Source of the DNA: Candidatus Heimdallarchaeota archaeon
Lineage (GTDB): Archaea > Asgardarchaeota > Heimdallarchaeia > JABLTI01
NCBI GenBank assembly: GCA_030614005.1
Contig: JAUWKS010000012.1
Span: forward strand, 30,001 to 62,000
DNA: 32,000 bases
Direction of reading: 5' to 3'
Part shown: in pieces, positions 9,833-17,896 of the stretch
How positions within the stretch are numbered: the stretch's first letter is position 1
Layout: every line of letters begins with the position of its first letter
Translations under genes and position numbers: made by a program
Notes under the pieces: generated by a model
What the model was told of the DNA's origin: nothing
Databases searched by the model: none
Seen by the model: only the letters and a program-made list of their open reading frames with translations

Positions 9833-11875
9833 TCAATTCCTCCTCATTTTCTTTCTCTTTTGAATCAATTTGAATGTAGTATTACACATTGAACAGCTAA
9901 CAGGTTTCAATCCCTGAGCTGGTCTATCATCTGTGCCAAAATCTTCAATTACAATTTCTCTCCCCTCCACTAAACAAGTAGAACATAAATAAGCATATAT
10001 CTCTTTTTTATCTGCTGAATATCCCACAAAACTTCTGGTAATTGCATCATAGAATTCTTCAACAGTATAAATTATAGTTACCTTTTCTTTTCTTATAAAA
10101 TGCTTGCAACCAACAGTTGTACTTCTGAGTGTTTTGGTAGCTCGAATATGGTTCTCACTTGAAACTTTTCGTTCAGCTATATTTATTGCTCTTCGCCAGA
10201 ACATACAACGTCTTTTTTCAAACCAATGACAATCCCCACAAACGACTTTGAAATGTGCCGGGAAATCTTTACTTGTATAATAATCAAGACTTCTCCCCAA
10301 GGGTGGTTTGGCTGTTAGCGTCTTCACAGGATACCCACTTTTAGATAGACTTTGGATTGCTTGCTTTGCTTCAAAAGGATTAATGGTAAGCATTGAGCAA
10401 ATTTTGTTTTGAGTAATAGGAGACTCAGTATTTGCCAGCAGTTCTTTTAGTGCTCGTTCAATTGTTTGTCTATCCATTTTCTTATTTATTGGTGATTCCT
10501 CAACATCATAGGATTTTTGCAAAACTCTATTCAAGAGCTTTAGACTTTCTCTTGAATCTTGAGTCATCTGATCTCTAAAGCAATTTAACATCTGGGTAAT
10601 TTGGAAAAGTACATAACTATTATTAGAAGCTGCTAGAATACTAGCAATGGTTTCCTCTTCATCTTTGAGAATATCTAACCTACCGATTAAAAATTGCAAA
10701 TCATCAAATTGTAATTTCCCTCGTGTAAAATCGCTAAATATTTCCTGTACTAGTTCCCATGTAATGATGTCATTCTCAGTTTTTTTTCGGATAGTTCTCA
10801 AAAACATCATAGGATCGTTTAGCATCTCTTCAAAGTAGGTTGAAGCAATAATGTATTGTCTTCCAAATGTAGTCAAAGTGAAACGACTATAACTACTTTG
10901 ATCTTTCTTTACTAAAGCAAATGCTCCTAGATGTCTTTCTTGCAAACTCTCAAATAGGGATATATTTTGGAAGTATTTCGTATGGAAAATTAATTCAGTA
11001 AGGTGCTGTCTCATTTCATCATCTGTTTTCTTTTTCTTTGCTTGATATATTCGAAAGTACGTTGCTTTCTGTAATCGTTCAATGAGTTGTTTTTTCGAAG
11101 GGGATCCTGAATATAAACAAAACAGAATAATACTCAAGAAAGCATCTTGTAATGCGTCCTCGTTTAATTCTTGATATATAGCTCTCACAGCCTCATTTGT
11201 TGAGATCATTATGTTATTAAATCCTCTTTCAATTTCTTCGGCAGGAATCAATCCGGTAGAAATAAAATGCTTTCGTACATGTGTTCTCTCTCGTTGAGGT
11301 AGAAGCAAAAGGATTGGGTCAATGTTATCAGAAATCCAAGACTTGCGAGCTCTATTAAGCGACTTATTCTCATCAAATGGATCAATGAAAATATACGCAT
11401 TGACGATTGGCAGCTGGACTTTTGCTTTCAAAGCATCGTCTCGACTCTTTCGATATAACAGATTTCGAGTCAACGTGTTATAACTTGTTATGATTAGCTT
11501 ATTCGCTGCTAGAGGGTGACTGTTTCCTTTAAATTTTGAAAACGTAGAAGCAATCTTCATCCCTGCAAGAGTTTTTTTGGAGGTCTCTGCAGTAACTTGA
11601 TCCTCATCGTAATTAGCATAATTATAGATTTTCTTGGCTTGTTCAGAGGTTCGAACAATAATCATTGCTGTTTGGTCGGATAATCTAGCTGAAAGTAAAG
11701 CTATAGTGGTAGCTAATTGTAACTGGTCTTCAGGGAGAATTTCATAAAAAAATATGTCTGTTTCACATAGAACCGTTTTTCGAATAATGCTTAAGTTATC
11801 AACACAAGTAAATGGATAATCTCGAAAGATAGTGGTTATGCTAATGGGTAATTGTGTTCTATAAGTTGTTATCAT
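9833..11875 (-). CDS. Hypothetical protein: degenerate Ski2/Hel308-like helicase segment, winged helices and Cys-rich C-terminus
   Basis: MIIVRTSEQAKKIY, LIITSYNTL and YIFIDPFD resemble decayed motifs Ia, Ib and II. ATYFRIY...FTLTTFGRQYIIASTY resembles the Hel308 winged helix. The C-terminus has CGDC..C..C plus CSTC/CSMC. No Walker A. Confidence 0.45.
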   Translation of the reverse strand: MITTYRTQLPISITTIFRDYPFTCVDNLSIIRKTVLCETDIFFYEILPEDQLQLATTIALLSARLSDQTAMIIVRTSEQAKKIYNYANYDEDQVTAETSKKTLAGMKIASTFSKFKGNSHPLAANKLIITSYNTLTRNLLYRKSRDDALKAKVQLPIVNAYIFIDPFDENKSLNRARKSWISDNIDPILLLLPQRERTHVRKHFISTGLIPAEEIERGFNNIMISTNEAVRAIYQELNEDALQDAFLSIILFCLYSGSPSKKQLIERLQKATYFRIYQAKKKKTDDEMRQHLTELIFHTKYFQNISLFESLQERHLGAFALVKKDQSSYSRFTLTTFGRQYIIASTYFEEMLNDPMMFLRTIRKKTENDIITWELVQEIFSDFTRGKLQFDDLQFLIGRLDILKDEEETIASILAASNNSYVLFQITQMLNCFRDQMTQDSRESLKLLNRVLQKSYDVEESPINKKMDRQTIERALKELLANTESPITQNKICSMLTINPFEAKQAIQSLSKSGYPVKTLTAKPPLGRSLDYYTSKDFPAHFKVVCGDCHWFEKRRCMFWRRAINIAERKVSSENHIRATKTLRSTTVGCKHFIRKEKVTIIYTVEEFYDAITRSFVGYSADKKEIYAYLCSTCLVEGREIVIEDFGTDDRPAQGLKPVSCSMCNTTFKLIQKRKKMRRN

Positions 11876-11881
11876 CCTACT

Positions 11882-12520
11882 TCACTCCTGGTTTAGCAAT
11901 AGCTCTTCTAGGTGTTCGGGCAGAGAAAGCAACTCCTCGCCAACAAACCGATCGATGTACTCCGCCATTTCTATCTCGAGTGATTCAGGAGAGCTCTCAT
12001 CAATAATCGAAACTGGGAACTTGTCCAGAAATTCCTCACTCAATTCTTTCACTGTTTCTTGTTTGTTTGTCACTCTTTCAATAATAGTTTCTAAGTGCTT
12101 CTTGCTAGTTTTAAGTTGCAGTAAAAATGAATCATCAGGTTCTTCTGCGAGTTGACTTTGGATTTGCATTTTTATATTGAATTCTGGTTGACTGATTATC
12201 AAAATAAATTGGAGAAGGTTATTATTTATCTCAAAAAGCAATGGTTGAGTGTCTGATCGTGGTAGTTTTTCAATTATCAACCATTCAGTTAGTTTCTTGA
12301 CTTTCTGTTTGAATGTCATCAAGCTCATTTTCTCTAGCACTTGATTGTACAATGACAGTACGGATGGGTACGTCACTTGACCGAATTTTATTAAATTATT
12401 TACTAGCAACTCACAGATAACTAGCAAATTAGCAGTGATTTTAATGTCTGGATTATCCAATTCCACTGAATTCGCTGGAACTGATTGTTGAAAAGCACTA
12501 GTGTGAGTCATTTCCGTCAA
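11882..12520 (-). CDS. Hypothetical protein with an acidic C-terminus; first gene of the operon
   Basis: 212-aa ORF (TTG start; ATG at 12511 is an alternative) ending 6 bp before the next gene. No motif recognised. Confidence 0.7.
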   Translation of the reverse strand: MTEMTHTSAFQQSVPANSVELDNPDIKITANLLVICELLVNNLIKFGQVTYPSVLSLYNQVLEKMSLMTFKQKVKKLTEWLIIEKLPRSDTQPLLFEINNNLLQFILIISQPEFNIKMQIQSQLAEEPDDSFLLQLKTSKKHLETIIERVTNKQETVKELSEEFLDKFPVSIIDESSPESLEIEMAEYIDRFVGEELLSLPEHLEELLLNQE

Positions 12521-12575
12521 TAATTTAAAGGAAAATTATGTTTTTAAAGTACTAAAAGTATAAAAAAACGAAAAG

Positions 12576-12596
12576 GTTCGAAAGAAGAGTTCGAAA
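12576..12596. promoter_or_regulatory. Tandem GTTCGAAA sites (palindromic TTCGAA core) upstream of the Cas1-like operon; possible operator
   Basis: GTTCGAAA at 12576-12583 and 12589-12596, next to an AT-rich TATA-like stretch upstream of 12520. Confidence 0.3.
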
Positions 12597-12745
12597 AGAA
12601 GGCAGGATAAGGCTTCTTTTAACTCTACGGAAGATTACTTTATGTCCCTTTAGAATTATATGTAATCCCATTTTTTCCTTTTTTTCTGTATTTTTGCCCT
12701 TTCTTTGAGAAATTTTCTCTTTGATTTCTCTAAATTTCTCGTGTC

Positions 12746-12839
12746 GGAACGACGACCGTTAAAAAAGACCACCGAAGTGTGGGCTTTTAGGTCGCACGAG
12801 GGGAGCGTTCAGCGACAGTTTTTTGGTCAAGGACATTCC
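12746..12839 (-). ncRNA. Candidate structured RNA or cis-regulatory element
   Basis: GC-rich patch with nested helices on the minus strand: GGAAUG/CGUUCC, GACC/GGUC, A6/U6, GUCGC/GCGAC and a C(UUCG)G tetraloop. Confidence 0.45.
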
Positions 12840-12909
12840 CTCTTACTTCTGAGCTGTGAATTTTTCTCAAAATTTTTTTGCTTCTTAAAATTGCAGAGTT
12901 ATTCTTAAA

Positions 12910-14556
12910 TTACTCTTTTTCCGTACATAATACAAAAAATGTTTTTACATACTGGTGTAGGACAGAATTTTGAATAGTGTTTGTTTTTACTATTTCTATT
13001 CCAAACCGATTTTTCAAATCTGTATAAAGTCTCTTACTATTATTTAGAACAATTAGATAATCCTTGCAGTATGCCAAAGATTTCAATAAGACAAGTAAGT
13101 TATCATTAGGTTTTAGATTTAATCTAGCTATAGTTTTCCTCGAACGGAAATGATAATGATCATTTTGTTCAAGAAAAAGCATTAACTGATGAGGTACGTT
13201 AGAGAATAAAGGTAGAAGCTTGAGAAGATGAGTGATAGGAAGATTTCCAGTGTATTCATAAGCAGCTAACCGACCTTTTTTTATTTCCAAAAAATCTGCT
13301 AAATCTTGCTGAGTCCAATGGTTATTTTTACGAACTTTTCGCAAATAATTAGTGCAATCCGGAATTAGAAGCATAGGGAGAAGTTCAAAATTAAAGAAAG
13401 TAGTATCATTTATGGTAATAAGAGCTTCAGGATTAATGTCTTTAACATACAAACGTTCGAATAATTTTGTTTTCCTGCTCTTTAGATATTGTAATAAATA
13501 CTCTATCTTAGTTATATGCCTTGATTTAAGATAATTACCTATTATATCTTTAGAGATTGCCATAATTTGAAGAACATAACTTTCACCATAAATTGATTTG
13601 TGATGATAAATGGAATACTTAATTTTATATTGATCCAATACTTTTCCAAAAGCTTGTACAAATTGTCTTGATGCAGATGAAAAACTAATACCTCTAATAT
13701 AAGAACCATCAGCATCCAATACTCCACTCCAGAATTCCCAGCGAAGAGTCTCATCCGACGTAAAAATAAGAGGTTCTTTCAAGGAATCATATTTTTTCCC
13801 AGTAATAGGTTGGTCTGTAAGGAAATTGGTTAACCTAACAATCCATTTGTTATTCAAATGCAACAACCAAATCTTCTTTTCACCTGATATTTTGCCTTGA
13901 ATACCAAATAATTGATTTGCTAATTTTTGCATCATAAGCATGTGGTCTTGTGAGAAATCCACCAATTCTATATTATGGTAGTTCAAGTGACCATCACCAA
14001 TGACTACTCCCAAAAAATAAGCTAAATCTTTTGAGAGTCTTGTAGGCATATGGAAGTGTTCTCCCCGAGCAGATTGGAAAGGAACATATTCTTGTGTGAG
14101 GAATTCTTGCCAAAAGTCACTTAACCGGAAAAGAGGGAAAGGCAGTCGCTGCTGGTTTTCAGTATAGTCGATGATCTTTTGTTGCCACTTCTTGATAGAA
14201 TAAGCAATAGCTGTATCTTGAAAATAATAACTGCATCGCTCAGCTAAAGCAAGTGATTGTTTTCTAATCTGTTGGGAAATCTCACAAGGTAATGTAACAT
14301 AAGGCAATCGCTGTAATAATCGTTCTCCTGACTTAAAATCGATTTTACGAATCAAAATGGAGTAAAGATTTAGGATATTAGGTTCAAGGAATATTTTTGA
14401 TTGCTTATTCAGCTCAATTAGTTTATTCGCTGTTAGCCACTGGTTTTTAGGTGTGGGCAAGTTATCAATAAGCAAAAAGTCTGTTTGCCAAGATTTAGGG
14501 ATTTCATCAAACATCTTATTGAGTACTTTGTAATTGGGAATATAAAACTCCCCCAA
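12910..14556 (-). CDS. Stand-alone double-motif LAGLIDADG endonuclease-like protein with an XRE-type HTH
   Basis: LAYFLGVVIGDGHL and FWSGVLDADGSY motifs; WTQQDLADFLEIKKGRLAAYE HTH. No intein splicing termini seen. Confidence 0.85.
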   Translation of the reverse strand: MGEFYIPNYKVLNKMFDEIPKSWQTDFLLIDNLPTPKNQWLTANKLIELNKQSKIFLEPNILNLYSILIRKIDFKSGERLLQRLPYVTLPCEISQQIRKQSLALAERCSYYFQDTAIAYSIKKWQQKIIDYTENQQRLPFPLFRLSDFWQEFLTQEYVPFQSARGEHFHMPTRLSKDLAYFLGVVIGDGHLNYHNIELVDFSQDHMLMMQKLANQLFGIQGKISGEKKIWLLHLNNKWIVRLTNFLTDQPITGKKYDSLKEPLIFTSDETLRWEFWSGVLDADGSYIRGISFSSASRQFVQAFGKVLDQYKIKYSIYHHKSIYGESYVLQIMAISKDIIGNYLKSRHITKIEYLLQYLKSRKTKLFERLYVKDINPEALITINDTTFFNFELLPMLLIPDCTNYLRKVRKNNHWTQQDLADFLEIKKGRLAAYEYTGNLPITHLLKLLPLFSNVPHQLMLFLEQNDHYHFRSRKTIARLNLKPNDNLLVLLKSLAYCKDYLIVLNNSKRLYTDLKNRFGIEIVKTNTIQNSVLHQYVKTFFVLCTEKE

Positions 14557-14559
14557 AAA

Positions 14560-15009
14560 CTACTTGAAATACTTCTCTTTTTGAATTAACCATTCAACTT
14601 TGTAGGCTGCTAAATCATTTACAGAAAAAAATTCATATCCTGCTTTCCAAAGGATTAAACCAATTATTATAGCTGATCGACCAAGAACATCAGTGATATC
14701 AATTAGTAATTCCTCTTTGGTTATATCATAATAATGTTGCAGGTAATATTCAGAGAGAAAGAGCATTTCAAGGGAATTTTGAGATGAATCCAATTGATAA
14801 AGTGCTCCTGCAAGATAAATTCGAGCTAAATCGCTTTCAGTAGAAATTAACTCATGTTTAATTTGATTAAATGTAACCTCATTAGTAAAGGTAGCAAGAG
14901 CCCAACAAGCTTTTGCTCTAACCACAACGTCGTCATTTTCAACCAGTAAAGCTATAGACTGCATGTCATTTGTACTAAATAATTCAGTAAGCAGAGCTTC
15001 TCTATTCAT
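14560..15009 (-). CDS. HEAT-repeat-like protein
   Basis: DDVVVRAKACWALATF and DLARIYLAGALYQL helical repeats. Confidence 0.55.
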   Translation of the reverse strand: MNREALLTELFSTNDMQSIALLVENDDVVVRAKACWALATFTNEVTFNQIKHELISTESDLARIYLAGALYQLDSSQNSLEMLFLSEYYLQHYYDITKEELLIDITDVLGRSAIIIGLILWKAGYEFFSVNDLAAYKVEWLIQKEKYFK

Positions 15010-15021
15010 AGTATGGAATCC

Positions 15022-17220
15022 TCATTCAATATGAATTTCAACATTATCTACCCAAGATGTTACACCAAATAAACTTTGTTGACTCTCAAGAAATGATTTA
15101 TTGACTTTCACATAAAGAATAGCTTTGTCGGCATTAAGAAGGTTTTTTCGAAACTCAAGTAAATTTGCTGCTTCTTTTATTAGGTGTGGAAGATCTGGTT
15201 CGTAAGAGATATTACTCCGATCTTTACAGCTGACTAATATCATCTTGTCATTTTGGAAGGCAATATGATCAATTTCAAATGGCTTACTGATATTTGAAAG
15301 GAAAACATTTGAAGCTACTTGATAGTCTTCTGTTATTAGCCTATCTCGTATTTCTTGCTCATAAGTTGTTCCATCTCCTCTTCGATTTTTAATATCATGA
15401 ACTTTTATTGATAATGGCAATTTTTCTTGTAGTTGTTTTTTATATTGAAGAAGAACTAGCAAGTTTGAATTCTGTGTTAATTGATACTTGAGTTCGAGTA
15501 TTCCAAAATAATCCTTCTCAACTAGAAATGAATGAATCATTTGAAATACTGTACGTCTATTTGGTTCGATAACTTTTTCAGAAATTACACCTAAATCAAC
15601 ATTCGTTTGTTGAGATTCTCTGTTAACAACATCTTTTATGTAAGAATAGAGTAATTGGAAGTCAGTTACTGAAATATTCATCAATAGGCAGTATTCAGTA
15701 ATATTGGGTGAGTTTAAAGAGGTGATTACTGACAAACATTCTAATGCTTCATTTTGCAATTCTGCCTTAGATACAACTTCGCTTGTTATAGGATGAATTT
15801 GACTTGATTTATTTTCAGTTAGTAAAGCTTGTTTTTTTGAGTATTCTAACATAGAGTCAATTATTAAATCTAGTGAATCCCTTATGTTCATAGTAGCCGA
15901 TAAACCAATGAGAAGAACCCCACAAGATAAACCATATTGTTTAGTTATTTGAAAATGAGTGTGTAAACGCAAAATATCTTGATTAATAAATAAGAATGGA
16001 AACACATACACAAATTTATTAATTTTTCTTGTTGTGTGTAATAAATCTGCTATTGCATATTCAAGCTCACTACTAAGTGTTTTATCTGATGTTTTTATCT
16101 CACACAGTAGTAGAAATTGTAAACGTTTGTTTACGGCTATTACATCAACAATTTTTCTATTACCATTGATATTTTCATCTGAATTATTGAAGTTTAATAA
16201 TACTTCAGGTAGTAGTATCAAATCTCTTGTGGTTGCAAATTGTTTTATAATATTCCTAACCAACAACTCATATGAGAAATCGCAATGGTCACCCAATGCA
16301 CTGGAATATGACTTGAGAGTTTTGAGAGAAAGGCCTCTGCACTCAAGAAGAGACATTAGTTGTAAATCTTTTTCTGCAATTTCTGTTAACTCAAAATCTG
16401 GAGATGAGAATAAAACCGTAATTGATTTTCTTTTCCCACAATAAGGAAAATAAAGACATTTCTCAGGCTTTCTTCCAGTGTGCTGTCTGATTATTCGAGT
16501 TTCAATAATCATTGTTTCTTCACCATCTTTAGAAGCAATTACTAATTCTGATTTTTTAAACCAATCTTTGATGTAATGATTCAATTGGTATGACAAGGAA
16601 ATAGATCCACCATCTGTTAATGTTCCAATTGCCTTAATAAAAAGTAAACCTTTATCTCTATAGATTGTGAATTTACGATTTCCTTTACCGCCATTGATAA
16701 TGGGTGTTAGTAAGCATACGTTCGGTAGTTGTACGGAATTTAATAGAGTTAGAGCTTTTTGATACTTCTTTGTTGGTATAAAGTATGAGTTATTTATCAT
16801 ATTAATCTGGCAAATAATTATTTCCCTATGTTGGAAATCTGATGAATTTGAAAGATGAATGTATATACCATTTTTAATTTTAGTAATTTTAATGAGAATG
16901 TTAAGGTAATGGGTTCCTGCTGAAACTGACTTGATTTGTATTTGCAATATGTTAGATCTATTTCCAATTTCAAACCATTGAGTTATTTCCTTTGGTATGT
17001 TGATTATGCTATTTTTTAATATCCGTCCCTTTAATTCTATTATTCCATTAGAATATATACTAAAACCATTTTTCTTTGATGTCATATCTTTTTGAAAGAC
17101 TAATTCCTTTTCCATTTTCATAGTTTTTGAGATATTGTTTCCTAACACCAGAGTCATAATTATCAATATAATATAAGAGTAAGGAGTTATAAGTATTTTG
17201 TGGAAATCCAAACTTTCCAA
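15022..17220 (-). CDS. Large protein with two putative PD-(D/E)xK restriction-like nuclease domains
   Basis: YELLVRNII...IVDVIAV...LCEIKTS and TYEQEIRDRL...EIDHIAF...LVSCKD. The true start may lie downstream of the TTG. Confidence 0.6.
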   Translation of the reverse strand: MESLDFHKILITPYSYIILIIMTLVLGNNISKTMKMEKELVFQKDMTSKKNGFSIYSNGIIELKGRILKNSIINIPKEITQWFEIGNRSNILQIQIKSVSAGTHYLNILIKITKIKNGIYIHLSNSSDFQHREIIICQINMINNSYFIPTKKYQKALTLLNSVQLPNVCLLTPIINGGKGNRKFTIYRDKGLLFIKAIGTLTDGGSISLSYQLNHYIKDWFKKSELVIASKDGEETMIIETRIIRQHTGRKPEKCLYFPYCGKRKSITVLFSSPDFELTEIAEKDLQLMSLLECRGLSLKTLKSYSSALGDHCDFSYELLVRNIIKQFATTRDLILLPEVLLNFNNSDENINGNRKIVDVIAVNKRLQFLLLCEIKTSDKTLSSELEYAIADLLHTTRKINKFVYVFPFLFINQDILRLHTHFQITKQYGLSCGVLLIGLSATMNIRDSLDLIIDSMLEYSKKQALLTENKSSQIHPITSEVVSKAELQNEALECLSVITSLNSPNITEYCLLMNISVTDFQLLYSYIKDVVNRESQQTNVDLGVISEKVIEPNRRTVFQMIHSFLVEKDYFGILELKYQLTQNSNLLVLLQYKKQLQEKLPLSIKVHDIKNRRGDGTTYEQEIRDRLITEDYQVASNVFLSNISKPFEIDHIAFQNDKMILVSCKDRSNISYEPDLPHLIKEAANLLEFRKNLLNADKAILYVKVNKSFLESQQSLFGVTSWVDNVEIHIE

Positions 17221-17272
17221 AATATGCTTAAATTGCGAAAAATACTTAATCTATAAGGTAAAATAAGTAACT

Positions 17273-17440
17273 ATGAAATTCATAGGTAGCGCTAAACTCT
17301 ACGGAAAAAATCAAATCACCGTCCCAAAAGAAGTAGTAGAAGAATTGAAGTTAAAACAAGGAACACAAATCATCTTCCTTCAAAACGATGAAGGTTACGT
17401 GTATATCGTAACTGAAGTTGCTTTACCATCTAAAGAATAA
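17273..17440 (+). CDS. AbrB/MazE/SpoVT family DNA-binding protein (55 aa)
   Basis: Below the ORF-track cutoff. MKFIGSAKLYGKNQITVPKEVVEELKLKQGTQIIFLQNDEGYVYIVTEVALPSKE has the QITVPKE..E.L.LK.G signature. Confidence 0.85.
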   Translation: MKFIGSAKLYGKNQITVPKEVVEELKLKQGTQIIFLQNDEGYVYIVTEVALPSKE

Positions 17441-17896
17441 GAGAGCCCTATTGATTCTTTTTTTTTAGATTCTTAGGAACAGTTCGTGTGTCAAATCGTA
17501 AACAATTATCATCAACATACTCTCCGGAATTATCCCAATGTGTCATTTTTAACATACTTTTATCAGTACTTATACACTTATCTTCAGTTAATCCTTCTCG
17601 TAATATTTGGAAACTCAAGTAAGAAAAAGGATCATAAGGAGGGAAAGGTGATAATTTAACCTTTTACAAGATGAAAAAGTATTAATTTTCATTACAAGTG
17701 AAGTTGAAATATCGTATCCAAAGGGCTAATAGAGATGAAAAGTCAAGGATTATTTGACCAGTAAACAAAATTAGTAAAGACGACTGATTTAGAATTTGAC
17801 AGATTGAAAAGTTCAACTAGTAAAGCAAACCAAAAATTGAAATATATACTAGAATAAAAAGATCTTATTCTAATGAGTATTAAGCAATGACTAGAC

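Noticed and set aside
12705-12908. 67-aa plus-strand ORF in the intergenic gap
   Set aside because: TTG start, no motif, and antisense to both flanking operons. The sequence is better explained by the minus-strand secondary structure.
12910-14556. Intein or intron-encoded endonuclease
   Set aside because: No Cys/Ser start or His-Asn end, no interrupted host gene, and no intron boundaries are evident.
17448-17670. Stop-free minus-strand frame of about 70 codons (…PYDPFSYLSFQILREG…KKNQ)
   Set aside because: No good start until late in the frame and no recognisable motif. It could be a gene remnant but is unsupported.
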